Source: Octopus sinensis
Taxonomy: Eukaryota
Length of the DNA stretch: 64,000 bases
Direction: 5' to 3'
Assembly: GCF_006345805.1 (NCBI RefSeq)
Contig: NC_043001.1
Span: 79,298,001-79,362,000 of the forward strand
Part shown: piece after piece, positions 38,979 through 52,100 of the stretch
Layout of the letters: each line of letters begins with the position of its first letter
How positions within the stretch are numbered: the stretch's first letter is position 1
Program-made: the position numbers and the translations under genes
The notes under the pieces: generated by a model
The model's database searches: none
The model's input: only the letters and a program-made list of their open reading frames with translations
What the model was told of the DNA's origin: nothing

Positions 38979-39129
38979 TATTATTATTATTATTAATGTT
39001 TTTTTCTTCTTTCAAATTTGCTTCCATTTCTTGCCGAGTGTCTTCCCGACTCCTAGGGCAAAGAAACTCATAGTATATATTGGTAGGCCATTAAACTAAA
39101 CTCAATAGTTCGTTCATTTTTTTTAAAAG

Positions 39130-40015
39130 TTAAATTAAAATACATGGGTTGTAATAGTTCTCACATCGACAATGCTCTTCTCAATACGTGTGATGTACCA
39201 GTTAAGACAATCTTTTGCACTTCTTGCGGGGATGGTAAGCCAGGGATCATTCTCATATAATTTTCGGTTCCCTTCTTGATCATTCCTAGTGCTCCTACGA
39301 TCACTGGTATTGTAACCGCCTTGAGATGCCACATTTTCTCAATTTCAATGAGTAGGTCTTTATATTTTCTGAGCTTGTCAAACTCTTTCGCCGAGATATT
39401 ATGATCACAGGGGATGCTCATGTCGATCAATAAACAAACTTTACTGTTTTGGTCTTTCACAACAATATCTGGTTTAATTGCTTTGATGGTTCGGTCTGTA
39501 TGTACTGGAAAGTCCCACAGATTCGTTACATTTTCTCCTTCAGTTACAGCTTCAGGTTGGTGGTTATACCACTTGTCCTCAGTTTTGAGGACAAGTAATG
39601 CCGACTTATTAGCCAGTGGAGATATTGGCCAACTCAGTAATGTCTTAATTTATACTCCACTGGTGCTAAGACTTTACATCCAGAGATTAGGTGGACCACT
39701 GTTTCAATCATGTCGTTGCAGAATCGGCATTTTGGGTCTGCTCCATTTTTCATCACATTGGCCTGGTAGTTCCGGGTTAATAGGCTTTGATCTTGAGCAG
39801 CCAGGATGAAACCTTCGCTCTCTACTTTTAGCCCTGAGCTCCGTAGCCACTTATGAATTTGCTTCTGGTCAACATCAGCTTGTTTGCTGTGGGCCACATA
39901 TTTGCGGTGCAGAGGTTTCTCCTCCCACCTATCAGCCAATTGCTCGTGCGCTTTTTTCGTTGCCATTATTTTCACCTTCTTTGCAACAATAGTTGCCGTA
40001 CTTCCCTCGGGTTGT
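39130..40015 (-). mobile_element. R4/Dong-like LINE 3' fragment
   Basis: EGFILAAQDQSLLTRNY..KCRFCNDMIETVVHLISGC (CCHC)..LIDMSIPCDHNISAKEFDKLRKYKDL..IPVIVGALG; flanked by (AAT)n. Confidence 0.92.
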
Positions 40016-40019
<4 letters not shown>

Positions 40020-40068
<49 letters not shown>

Positions 40069-40106
40069 GTTGTGGTTGTTGTTAGTAGTGATAGTAGTCG
40101 TAGTAT

Positions 40107-40140
<34 letters not shown>

Positions 40141-40500
40141 CGTAGTTATAGTCGTAGTAGTAGTATTAGTAGTAGTAGTATAGGTGGTTCCAGTATATAT
40201 TGCGTTGGTGTTAGTGATTGTCTTGGCGATGGCGATGGTAGTATTAGTATTAGGATGGTGATGATAAATTTGACAGTGGTAGTGGATGTGTGGCATTGAT
40301 GGGGATGATGGAGGTTGTGATGGTGGTGGTGGCTGTGGTGATTGTGGCTTAGGAGCTATTGTTGGTGATAACGGTCGCTCTGGTTGTCGTGAAGGTGTTG
40401 GTTGTGGATGTCTGTTGTGATGGCGGTGTAGATGAACTGTAGTGATAGTAGTATTGGTAATGGAGGTGGTGATGATAATGATGATGATGATGGTAGACGT
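40020..40500. repeat. ATT/AGT/GGT trinucleotide low-complexity tract
   Basis: Directly visible. Confidence 0.9.
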
Positions 40501-40773
40501 CGTAGTCCTTGCGGTAGGTTATTGACACACAATGTGTGATAACTTAAGAGGATTAAATGTTTACCACAGCTAAGAGTATTGTACATGACTTAGAAATGTC
40601 TACGACATGTGACAGTGTCTGCGACGTTGGCGTTTGTGGTGTTATTACTGATTAGAGTATATGATAGCATGCGCGGATAGATATTGTCATATGTGTGTGT
40701 CTGTTTGTCTGTTTATGTGTATGTATGTGTCTGAGTACGTATGTATTTGTATTTATGGATGCCCCTCTCTCTC

Positions 40774-40817
<44 letters not shown>

Positions 40818-40922
40818 ATATGTATATATAATTATATATCCATTTATGTGTGTGTATGTACGCATGCATATATACGTATATATATATATATTTATATATG
40901 AGTATTTATATATATATGCATC

Positions 40923-40956
<34 letters not shown>

Positions 40957-41282
40957 GGGTGTGTGTGTGTGTGTGTGTATTTATGTATGTATGTATGTAT
41001 GCATGCTCATGGTGATGTATATACGTGGTGTGTAATGTGTACACATTACAAGAATTATGATAGGTAGTACTTGGTAATGAGCTTGAATACAAACATGAGA
41101 TACTGCAAGATGTCAACCATGTCATTTTTGCAACGTTTTAAATGGATGTGCGACGGTTGGATTTAGATAACTTAAATATGTAAGTGAATGTATTGTCTTA
41201 TAGTTAAATTTTTGTAATTTATTAATAATAGAGAAATAACTATATTTCAAGCTGAAAATGTTCTGCCGTTATCATATACTCT

Positions 41283-41656
41283 ACTCTTTTACTCTTTTAC
41301 TTGTTTCAGTCATTTGACTGCGGCCAAGCTGGAGCACCGCCTTTAATCGAGCAACTCGACCCCGGGACTTATTCTTTTGTAAGTCCAGTACTTATTCTAT
41401 CGGTCTCTTTTGCCGAACCGCTAAGTAACGGGGACATAAACACACCAGCATCGGTTGTCAAGGGGAACAGACACAGATACACAAACACACACACACGCAT
41501 ATATATATATACATATACGACGGGGTTTCAGTTTCCGTCTACCAAATCCACTCACAGGGCTTTTGTCGGCGCGAGGCTATATTAGAAGACACTTGCCCAA
41601 GGTGCCATGCAGTGGGAATGAACCCGGAACCATGTGGTTGGTAAACAAGCTACTTA

Positions 41657-41660
<4 letters not shown>
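41283..41660 (-). mobile_element. SINE family B
   Basis: Homologous to 7285-7703. Confidence 0.9.
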
Positions 41661-41723
<63 letters not shown>

Positions 41724-41752
41724 ATATAAATATATATATATATATATATATC

Positions 41753-41945
41753 GTTAATCCAAACATGATAACACAAAGAGAAAACACAACGAGAAGACGT
41801 GGAAAAAGTATAGTGTTATTGGACACGGGAAAAGAAAGACAGAAGGATGACTTAACGTTTCGAGCGGAGCTCCTCGTCAGAAGCATAGGAAAAGGAAAGA
41901 TCCAAGGAACGGAAGACGGATGAGAAAAAATCGCCTAAGGTACAC
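41753..41945 (-). mobile_element. PLE-type 3' terminus ending in (TA)n
   Basis: Homolog of 31392-31580. Confidence 0.75.
41847..41886 (-). ncRNA. Minimal (dimer-type) type I hammerhead
   Basis: ATGCTT-CTGACGAG-GAGC TCC GCTC-GAAAC-GT-T|AAG(T)CAT. Confidence 0.7.
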
Positions 41946-42050
41946 ACGCAGTCACATATGTAAATACATGTATATATGCAAGCGTGTCTAGGTGCTATAA
42001 CAAGTTTGCTTCCCGAACACACGCATGGTCTCGGTTCAACCCCACTTTGG

Positions 42051-42725
42051 ACAGAAGGACAGAGACGTGGAAGAAGACGAAATCGAAAACGGGAAAAACA
42101 TTATGTACAGCAGAAAAACGAAGTACAGGACATGCTGCACAAGGAAAAATCCCCTTCATCAGCTGTCGCTAGCAGACATAGCGTGTTTCGAAGGCAAGAC
42201 AGGAAACGTCTGAATTGCGAGGCCTTCCTACGAGAGAATTAAATTAAAATAACCTCGTAGAGGGGTAAAACGAGCAAGAAAAAATGTAACACAAATATGG
42301 ACGTAACAAGAACTGCACTAAAAAATACATACAAGAAAAAAATACAAAATTAAAGATACATGTACAAGAAAATACAAACGAGAATTAAATTACAATACGA
42401 GAAATCAAAATAAACAAGAGAACAAACGAAAAAGACGAACGAAGGCCTTTGTTCTGTCGGGGACGAGTGTGCAGTTGTTGTTACGTCCCTTTTTGTGTTA
42501 CATTTTATTCTTGCTCGTTTTACCCCTCTACGAGGTTATTTTAATTTAATTCTCTCGTAGGAAGGCCTCGCATGTCCTGTACTTCGTTTTTCTGCTGTAC
42601 ATAATATTCTTTCCCGTTCTCGATTTCGTCTTGTTCCACGTCTCTGTCCTTCTGTTGTAACAAAATGGCTTTTCCATTTTGGTTTCTGTTGATTTTTACG
42701 TCTTCTTGTGGTGTCCTGTACGTAT
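42051..42725. mobile_element. Inverted pair of PLE-like termini; left arm carries a type II-ordered HHR (42151-42195, minus)
   Basis: 42051-42318 is the reverse complement of 42469-42655 except for an ~85 bp segment. Confidence 0.8.
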
Positions 42726-42909
42726 ATATTTAAATATGCATGTATATATACATGTAGATGTCGGTACGTACATATATGTTTGTATGTATGCATATATTTT
42801 ATTTATTACACTATTGTCTGACAGCGCTTCGCGTCGGATTCGTTTGAATTTCCGATTTTTCGAATTCTCACTTCGTTCCGTCTCTTTCCTCCCAGTTTGT
42901 TTTACAGTT

Positions 42910-42947
<38 letters not shown>

Positions 42948-43279
42948 ATGTTTCTTTGAAATTAATTTATTTGTATATTGAGAGAGCGAGCTAATGCACG
43001 GCATAATGTTTTCATCGCTATAAACAATATTTCTGTGCTGGTTGTTCTGCTGGAAATCGCAGAAAACTCATCTGTCATCTATGACATGTATCTCCACGTT
43101 ATATATTTGAAAACACATATACACATACACTTATTTGTGTATACGTGCATGCTTGTATGTATGTCCGTATGTATATTATATGTTTGTACTTCATTAGTCT
43201 ATTAAGGTAGAATCAGCAAAAAGTGTGCATGTATAATAAGCATGCATAAGTCAATACGTAAATGTGAATCGTTGGTGAC

Positions 43280-43375
43280 TTCCTCCTCCGTCATCCTTTT
43301 CTATTGGACTTTACTCTGTCTCCTGTTTCTGAAGAAGAGGTTTGCTCGAAACGTGAAGCCGCCTTTCTATATAAT
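43280..43375 (+). mobile_element. PLE-type terminus with a degraded minimal HHR (43323-43360)
   Basis: CTGAAGAA-GAGG TTT GCTC-GAAAC-GTG; ends in (TA)n. Confidence 0.5.
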
Positions 43376-43457
43376 GTATATATATATATATATTATAATA
43401 TATATATATATATAATATATATTATATATATATACACATATATGCAATGTATATACA

Positions 43458-43503
<46 letters not shown>

Positions 43504-43520
43504 TGCAATGTATATACACG

Positions 43521-43590
<70 letters not shown>

Positions 43591-43614
43591 ATATATATAT
43601 ATATATATATATTC

Positions 43615-43916
43615 GTGAAGGTGCATGGCTCAGTGGTTAGAGTGTCGAGATTACGATCGTGAGGTTGTGAGTTCGAATCCCAGACCGGGCTACGTGTTGG
43701 GCTCTGGAGCAGGACACTTTTTTCACGTTGCTCTAGTTCACTCCGCTATAGAAATGAGTTGCGACGTCACAGGTGCCAAGCTCTATCGGCCTTTGCCCTT
43801 CGCTTGGATAACACTGGTGGCGTGGAGAGGGAAGGCCGGTACGCATGGGCGACTGCTGCACTTCCATAAACAACCATGCTCGGACTTGTGCCTGAGAGGG
43901 TAACTTTCTAGGTGCA
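43615..43916 (+). mobile_element. SINE family D
   Basis: A-box TGGCTCAGTGG, B-box GAGTTCGAATCCC; TA flanks. Confidence 0.85.
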
Positions 43917-43951
43917 TATATATATATACACACAGAAATACACAGCCATAA

Positions 43952-44011
43952 GGCGCAGGAGTGGTTGTGTGGTAAGAGGCTTGCTTCCCAACCACATGAA
44001 TCCGGGTTCAG
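43952..44011 (+). mobile_element. SINE family B head only
   Basis: GGCGCAGGAGTGGTTGTGTGGTAAG..CCGGGTTCAG. Confidence 0.75.
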
Positions 44012-45020
44012 GTATATTGTGGCTTGCGTTATAAATTATTGCGTGGGTTTTAGTGATTGCGTGTGTATGTGAGTGAGGGAGTGAGTGAATGTATGTGTTT
44101 GTGTATTTGTGTGTGTGCGCATGTTAATTTGGATAACATGCAATTTTGATCGATTAAATATATAGGTTTACGTCAATATCTTTTTCCTTGTGCTTATCAC
44201 TGATTTTCTCTTTAACATCAAGATCGAGGGAAATAGATAGAAAGAGAGAAAAAGAGACAGAGAGGGAAAGTAGTGAGAGAGAGAGTAGGTAGAGAGAAGC
44301 AGAGAGAAGGAGTATGAAGAAGCAGAGAGAAGGAGTAGGGAGCGAGAGATGGAGAGGAGGGCTGAGAGAGCAAGCGAGAAAATGAGAGTCTGCGAGTGAG
44401 TGAGCCTATTTCTCTGTACTTTTACTCAGGAAATCACCGATATGAAACCACCTACATTTACACAAACAAATACACACACACACACAAATACACACACACG
44501 CGCGCGCGCACGCAGGCAGAAAAAAACAAACGCACAAAAGCGCACGCGCGAACACTCATTTACCTTTACTAAACAAACATTTCTCATAATAAAAACTTCT
44601 CCACTCAGCAATCCATCGACCGAACATATCTTCAAAAAATACATTAGCCATAACTTTAATATAGCTTTAGTTATTTTTGTTTCATCCTATTAATAGCCGA
44701 AATTATATTCATTAAACACAAACGATATCCATTTAAAAGTATATCAGATATATCAGAAATACTCATGTGTGCAAAATAACGCCAACACATAAATGAACAT
44801 CTATGTACGCAACATGCATTAACAGATAAATACAAACAAGTAAATATAGATGCAAACGCAATAAAATACACACACTCTCCTCATCACTTATTCAGAACCA
44901 ATACACGCTCAACCTAGAAACCCACCTCCAGAAAATGCAATATTTGTCACTCAGTACTTGCTTGCATGGAAATACCCACAATTCTGTATATATATATATA
45001 TATATATATTGTATATATAT

Positions 45021-45089
<69 letters not shown>

Positions 45090-45093
45090 CATA

Positions 45094-45305
45094 TACTCTT
45101 TTACTTTTTTATTTGTTTCAGTCATTTGACTGCGGCCATGCTGGAGCACCGCCTTTAGTCGAGCAAATCGACCTCAGGACTTTGTAAGCCTGTACATATT
45201 CTATCAGTTTCTTTTGCCGAACTGCTAACTTACGGGGACGTAAACACACAAGCATCGCTTGTCAAGCGATGTTGAGGGGACAAACACAGACACATAAGTT
45301 ATACT

Positions 45306-45350
<45 letters not shown>

Positions 45351-45433
45351 AGAACGGGCTTAATTCAGAGGGACTGCACCAGGAACCAAGTGGTTGGTAA
45401 GCAAGCTACTTACCACACAGCCACTCCTCCGCC
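45094..45433 (-). mobile_element. SINE family B with an internal deletion
   Basis: Tail and head homologous to 7285-7703. Confidence 0.85.
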
Positions 45434-45439
45434 TATAGC

Positions 45440-45546
45440 GATTAAGTCGATTACATCGATCCCAGTGCCTAACTGGTGCTTCTTTATTCGATCCCGAAGG
45501 GTTGAAAGTATTATATATATATATGCACATGCATACACAGACACGC

Positions 45547-45616
<70 letters not shown>

Positions 45617-46660
45617 GTAAAGATATATATACACACATACACAGACACGCATATGTATGTATATATATAAACATATATATACACACATACACAGACACGC
45701 ATATGTATGTATATATGCCATTCATCCTTTCGGGTTCGATAAATTATGTACCAGTTACGCACTGGTGTCGATGTAATCAACTTAATGCGTTTGTCTATCT
45801 TTGTTTGTCCTCTCTTTGTTTAGCCCCTTGTGGGTATTAAAGAAATAGGTAATTCGTGCGGCTTTACGTTCTGAGTTCAAATTCTGTCGAGGTTGACTAT
45901 ACCTTTCATCCTTTCGCGGTTGATAAATTCAGTACCAGTTGCGTGCTGGTGTTGATCTAATCGGCTGGGCTCCTCCTAAAATTTCGGACCTTGTGCCTAG
46001 ATTAGAAAAGAATTGTTACCGTGTCGAGAAAAATTTTTAGCTGCATTTTTCCGGTTTTCACATTTTGAGCTCTAATGCCGCCGGCGTCGACTTTGCCTTC
46101 CATCCTTTCGGGTTCTATAAAATAAGTACCAATTAAACAATGTGTTTGCTGTACGCGTCTTAACTAATAGTCTAATAATATGGGATGGTAAATTGTTAAA
46201 GTTTATCCTAGCAGTATGTAAACACAGAGCATAAAAGACAGAGATAAATTTTGACAGACATTCTTTCGACTCTACCATATTATATAAACGTTGAAAATTA
46301 GTTTCGAACACTGTTTCAAGGTGACGGAATTGAGGCAAAGTCAGTTTTTAATCATCTAACACCTATCAGTCCACTGATGGATGGCAGTTGACTATTTTGT
46401 TATTGACGTCTCTATATCTGTTGGAGGTAAGCTTATCTGTCCTCTCAAGACAATTGCGGATTAGGTATGGAGATTATTTCTGTACATCAGCACCTAAGGT
46501 CAATTTGAACTCAGAATATAAATATTTAGAACTAATACCGAACGTCCTCTCTTTCAATGCCCTAACAATTTCATCACTCCACTACCTTAGATTATTTCTT
46601 AAATTATCGACCCCGAAATGATGAATGGCCATTTTGACCTCGGCGGTATTCGAACTGAAA
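45440..46660. mobile_element. Cluster of SINE family A fragments in both orientations
   Basis: Minus pieces at 45442-45508 and ~46490-46660; plus pieces at 45720-46140. Confidence 0.75.
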
Positions 46661-46779
46661 GCTCGTAGAGCTGCATTGAACATTGAATTAGTAATACTAT
46701 CATGAACGCTTAACCAACTGGCGAATAATATTATTCATTTCTCACTAAACCCATCAATCAAAATCCACAGTCTAGAGAG

Positions 46780-47110
46780 ACCGTAGGTGCACAATAAATG
46801 ACAAGAAATCCAACCCCGAACTTTTCCGGTCATCAACCAACCTTATGTTTTTCATTAACTTTTCCTTGGTCATTCCTTCATATCGTTCAAACTTGCCTTT
46901 TGTTATTTTTAGTATTATTCTTTCCTTGAGTGATTTCCTGTGTGCTACCATATTTGTTAGCATTATTTGTTCTATCGTTTCGTTTTACATGGCCAAGCCT
47001 CTTAATTTTCCGCCTTTTAACAATTGGTACATTTGACACCATTTCACATGTTTTACAAGGGAAAGGAAAGTCGAATAAATAAATCAATCGTATGGCTTAC
47101 TAGTTTCTTA
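46780..47110 (-). mobile_element. RTE-clade LINE 3' fragment
   Basis: IVKRRKIKRLGHVKR..RKSLKERIILKITKGK. Confidence 0.55.
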
Positions 47111-47672
47111 TCTTATTGTCACGAGAGGAATAACTAAAAGATTTAGTCACACCCAGCAAAATTTTTACTTAAAAACAAATGCCCAAACCGTTTTAGCACA
47201 ATTGTAATGTAGGACTATATAGAAATATAGTTTAAACTCTTCTTCCAGTCACTAGCCACATTCACTTTAAGTAACTAATGCATCATATTACATCTTATAC
47301 CATCCAATTCTCTGCAGTAATGAAAGAGCTTGAGAGAGAGGGAGAGAGGGACGGTGGGAGATACAGTATTATTGCTTGATGGTTGTAAGATGGCTGTCAA
47401 TATATCTCAGTTGGTCTTGATGTTCAATACAAGGATGTCTGCGTGGTCTCTCGACAGGCTGGAGATAACAAGAACAAATATCTCTCACATCACATTCAAC
47501 CACCTTAAATAACAGTTATATTGGATAATGATGTTCGTAACGTATATAGAGGCAAGTTGGTATAAACGGGAAACAGCTATTATTATAAGTTTGTTAGGTT
47601 TGGGATAACAATACACTCACACACTTTGTAGAAGCTTGGAGAGACACAAAGCTGGCAGGGAAAATTCTACAA

Positions 47673-48077
47673 GTACTCTTTACTCTCTTTTACTTGTTTC
47701 AGTCATTTGACTGCGGCCATGCTGGAGCACCGCCTTTAGTCGAGCAACTCGACCCCGGGACTTATTCTTTTTGTAAGCCCAGTACTTATTCTATCGGTCT
47801 CTTTTTGCCAAACCGCTAAGTGACGGGGACGTAAACACACCAGCATCGGTTGTCAAGCAATGCTCGGGGGACAAACACAGACACACAAACACACACATAC
47901 GTATATATATATATATACATATATACGACGGGCTTCTTTTCAGTTTCCGTCTACCAAATCCACTCACAAGGCATTGGTCGGCCCGGGGCTATAGCAGAAG
48001 ACACTTGCCCAAGATGCCACGCAGTGGGACTGAACCCGGAACCATGTGGTTGGTTAGCAAGCTACTTACCACACAGC
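47673..48077 (-). mobile_element. SINE family B, young full-length copy
   Basis: Closest match to the family consensus seen in the window. Confidence 0.92.
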
Positions 48078-48792
48078 GATTTCTATAATTTTATCGACTC
48101 TACACGAAGTTTAACGTTAAAATTTGAACACAGAATATAAGGAGTCGTGGTTGAACAACATCGAATATTTAATGAATTGTGATACACACGAATACATATA
48201 TGTGCGTGTATAAACATTTCCGTGTAAGTATAAATAATATATATAATACGTGTATATGTGTATATGTGTGCATGTATAAAATTTATCCAGAATATACTAC
48301 AGAATATCTTGTTTAAAATATTCTAAAATTGAAATTATGAAATAATTTATGTTTTTTTGTTTGGTTTATTTTTTTCTTCTGTGAGTGGGGTTGTATTCAT
48401 TTCTCTATTGTTTGTTTCTTTTTCCTTACACCAAAATAAACAATGAATAAACATTATTGGCAAAAACAATGTGCTTTTAATGATTAAAGCATTTTGAAAG
48501 TTCAGATCAATCATTGAAAATTACAAGACCACATCCGTCAGATGAAATAATGATAATAATATTAATATAATAGCAATGATCAACACTAAGATCTCCAAAG
48601 ATCAAATTAACTGTCTTCATTTACATTTTTGCATATGTTTAAGAAAACTATACCAAGTGTAGACTGACACGAGCAAACATGAATATATTCATGTACGTGT
48701 GTGTGAGTGTGTGTGTGTCTGTGTACACGCAAGTTCTTGTAAGTAGGTATATAAACATATGTATATCTATATAAAATAATATATATCTATAT

Positions 48793-48858
<66 letters not shown>

Positions 48859-49254
48859 AGAGGGATAGAGACAGAGAATTATGTTTCTCTTTGCTTTCTT
48901 CTATCGTAGTTCATGTGTATATTTTATATTTCAAACAGTTTTCAGCTGTTGTTTTTATTCCTAAAATTTCATTGAGATTGAAAGAAAGTGTGAAGTTCAT
49001 ATGAACAAATGTTTCCATATTTTCTCCTTAGACAGTATTGTCTGAAAGTAAAAATTATTAAGAAGATATAATTATTGGTCTCTCGTCGAAATTTACGACA
49101 AGAATCATGAGTGGTAAAGTTGAGAGAGGTATTATATTTTGATAGTTATAATTTTAAACATATATAATTTACAAACATAAACAGAATAATAGATGCGCAG
49201 GTATACGCACACATGCAAGCACATACAAATACATACAGACCTACATATATATAA

Positions 49255-49800
49255 TTTAAAATTTAAATAATGAGGGTGATAAATTGAATATTAATTTAAT
49301 TAACATCAATTTAAAACCAGTAGCGTAGCATATAGAAAAATCTGAAAATTCAGAACAATTGTAATACATGGGTATAATAAGGTATGACCACTAAGTGGAT
49401 ATACAATATGCTAGAAGAAGATCATCTACGATCTAATCACTAAGGAAAGATTGTTTTCTAGAGAAATTCAGCAAACGCCAGAACATTAGCGAGTAAGACA
49501 AATGAAATTATACAAAATACAGAATTAATCGTAGATCGATTTCGTCGTTAACGATTTTACTTACTTAATCAACGTCCGTGGACTCTTCAGTACGCTCGTT
49601 CCAATTCAACATAATTTATGGAACTATGCACTTAGCTATGGACTTATCTGTTTTCTAATTAAAACCCTATCTAGATATGTTCTGGAAGACCCGTCACTAT
49701 TTGACCATTGTGGAGTGTTCGGATGTTCCAAACTATATGGATCTGCTAGCTGAACGTGACTTAGCAGATCCCGTAAGCCAGGGTTACACTTTCCATTTAT
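49255..49800 (-). mobile_element. PLE-type 3' terminus ending in (TA)n
   Basis: Contains an HHR at 49530-49594. Confidence 0.55.
49530..49594 (-). ncRNA. Type I hammerhead with extended stem II
   Basis: CGTA-CTGAAGA-GTC..GAC-GAAA-TCGA-TC|TACG. Confidence 0.65.
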
Positions 49801-49853
49801 GTTCGAGCCAACACAATCTCAGTGTGCGTCACCGATTGTATTAAAGTCTCCTA

Positions 49854-51030
49854 TCAGTACCAGCGAATGCGAGTGGCTAGGAACTTGCCCAGGTCACGAA
49901 AATATTCACTTTGTGGGCCCATACTGTTGGGTGCATAAATTATAACCAGCCTGATTATCTTGCCACAACTGAATGTCGAGGACAACCAACCTGCCTTCTG
50001 GATCAGAAAATAACTTTTCTCGGCTATCCGGTTTGTTTTTAGTAGGACCAACACCCCACCACCACCTCCCGCCCGACTCGGAGAAACGTATTTCTCATAA
50101 ACGTTCAGGAAGGGGAGCAGATTTCTTGGCCCCTTCACCCGGGTTTCGGTTGCAACAATCACATCCAATTTTATCAACCTGATGTAATTTAGGAAGCGCC
50201 CGTACTTCCAGCTAGACATCAGGGCACGAACATTTACACAATCAATGTCAATAGACATTGCTTACATATTTAATCCGGGGTGTCCTGAGGAGAGGGACTC
50301 TCCACCTTTTCTTGAGATAGGGTCGGAGGTGGCTAGTCTTGGAAGCTGAATTGATTAAAATCCAATCTCATCATTGACACCGACTTTCTAAACGTGTTAA
50401 GTAATGCATTATGAGTCTTTTTATTCATTTCGTAGAACTCGGAGTTATTATATTTATCAGAAAGTTCTGCAATCCTAGTGGCTGATTTTTTCGCTTTTAA
50501 ATCTTCATTTTTGCTGTATAATGCGACTATCCTCTGTCTTCAGCTTCCTTCCTTACTATTTTTGATTTGTCTCTTTTTGCATTTCTTTTAGTCTTAGTTC
50601 GACCCGTTTTTGTAGATTTGAGCTTTCCATTTTAAGCTGACGGGTTCCCCTCCAGCTGCCGACGCGAAACTTTTTTGTTTATCTTCTTCTGTTTGAAGGC
50701 TTTTCACGTCACTATTCCTCTTTGCAACAGTACACATTGCTGGTTGAGGAAATTCACTTTTAGAAGAATCCGAAATATCGCCAAATATTAAGCTTTCAAT
50801 CTTTTTTACCTCCCTGTTTGTTGACCACTCTTCGCCAAACGAAGTTACACTTTTCGGCATCTTGCCAGCAATTAATGTTTCCCCCACAGGGGAAAAACAC
50901 ACGATAGTTTTCGAACGAAGACTATCACACAAGTAATTATAACAGTAACAATAATTATAACAGGAAATAGCACAAAATCATTCAATAGAAACTTGCACTT
51001 ACTTGCACTCCAATAATAATTACCATTAAT
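49854..51030 (-). mobile_element. Tx1/L1-like LINE 5' part: 5'UTR, ORF1 remnant, APE endonuclease N-terminus
   Basis: MSIDIDCVNVRAL..DVIVATETR..GGGGVLVL..RLVIIYAPN; upstream ORF1-like frame; RT absent. Confidence 0.8.
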
Positions 51031-51088
51031 TCCAAGCTCACACAGACGAAATACTGCTAAATATTTCGCTCGGCGTTCTAACGATTCT

Positions 51089-51930
51089 TAAATTTTTTAT
51101 TATCCATAAGGACATACATAGATGGGACAGCACAATGAAAGCGAATGATCTCTGGTCAACAACTCGATGTCTTGCCAGATGGGTTGTAGACACTTTAGAT
51201 TTGTTCTTTGGATGCCCTGTCTATTTTCTTGTTTTTTATTATCATTGTCTTATATGTTATTTTCCTCATTGTTTCTTCAATGAGTTCGTTAGGGAGGGGG
51301 GATTTAACATCAAAACCTTCCTTTTCGATCATACTTCTGTGTTGCCGCAGTGAATCTAGCTCTATGTTCAATTAATCTTTTCTGACACCGGCTGCGGTGG
51401 CAAAATGAATTTTCTTTTGGTTGTCTTCTGTTGGGTTTACTTTTCCGTTATGCATTTTATCGTTTTCAGTATTTATTTTTATTTCTTGGTTCCTTTTCCG
51501 TTTACTGCATTTATGTGGCTTTCGTTCACATTTTCGTTTACTTTGTCTTGTTTTACAGTTGCTCTTTGTTTAGCATGGTCAGGGTTACAAAACTTGTCCT
51601 CCGAATTCATTTTCACAAAAATTAATATTTTCCGAAATATTTTTCCAAAAATTATTTCATATTTAGTGGCTCGCTTGATGGCGTACCACCATCTGTTGTT
51701 AATAATGGATGCGGTTAATGCCCTCTGAATTAACATCTTAATCCGGTCCCTGTAATAAAATTACTTCATTGGATTTTATCGGTTGGAGCGAGTGTTTTTG
51801 TTGCGGAGGGGAACAATAGTCCACTACGCCTGTTGAAACAGAACGTAGAACAATAAAAGTTTAAAATTTAACAATAAATATCAACAATAACAATTACTAA
51901 CCAAATTCTCGAAAAGACAAATTAACTGCT
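51089..51930 (-). mobile_element. 842 bp LINE-like insert with an A-rich end and a 16-bp TSD inside a SINE A head
   Basis: GCGTTCTA(A/C)CGATTCT at 51073-51088 and 51931-51946; frameshifted protein-like frames inside. Confidence 0.6.
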
Positions 51931-51974
51931 GCGTTCTACCGATTCTGCCAGTACACAGACACACAGACACAGAA

Positions 51975-52006
<32 letters not shown>

Positions 52007-52038
52007 ACACACACACATACACAGACACATACACACAC

Positions 52039-52097
<59 letters not shown>

Positions 52098-52100
<3 letters not shown>

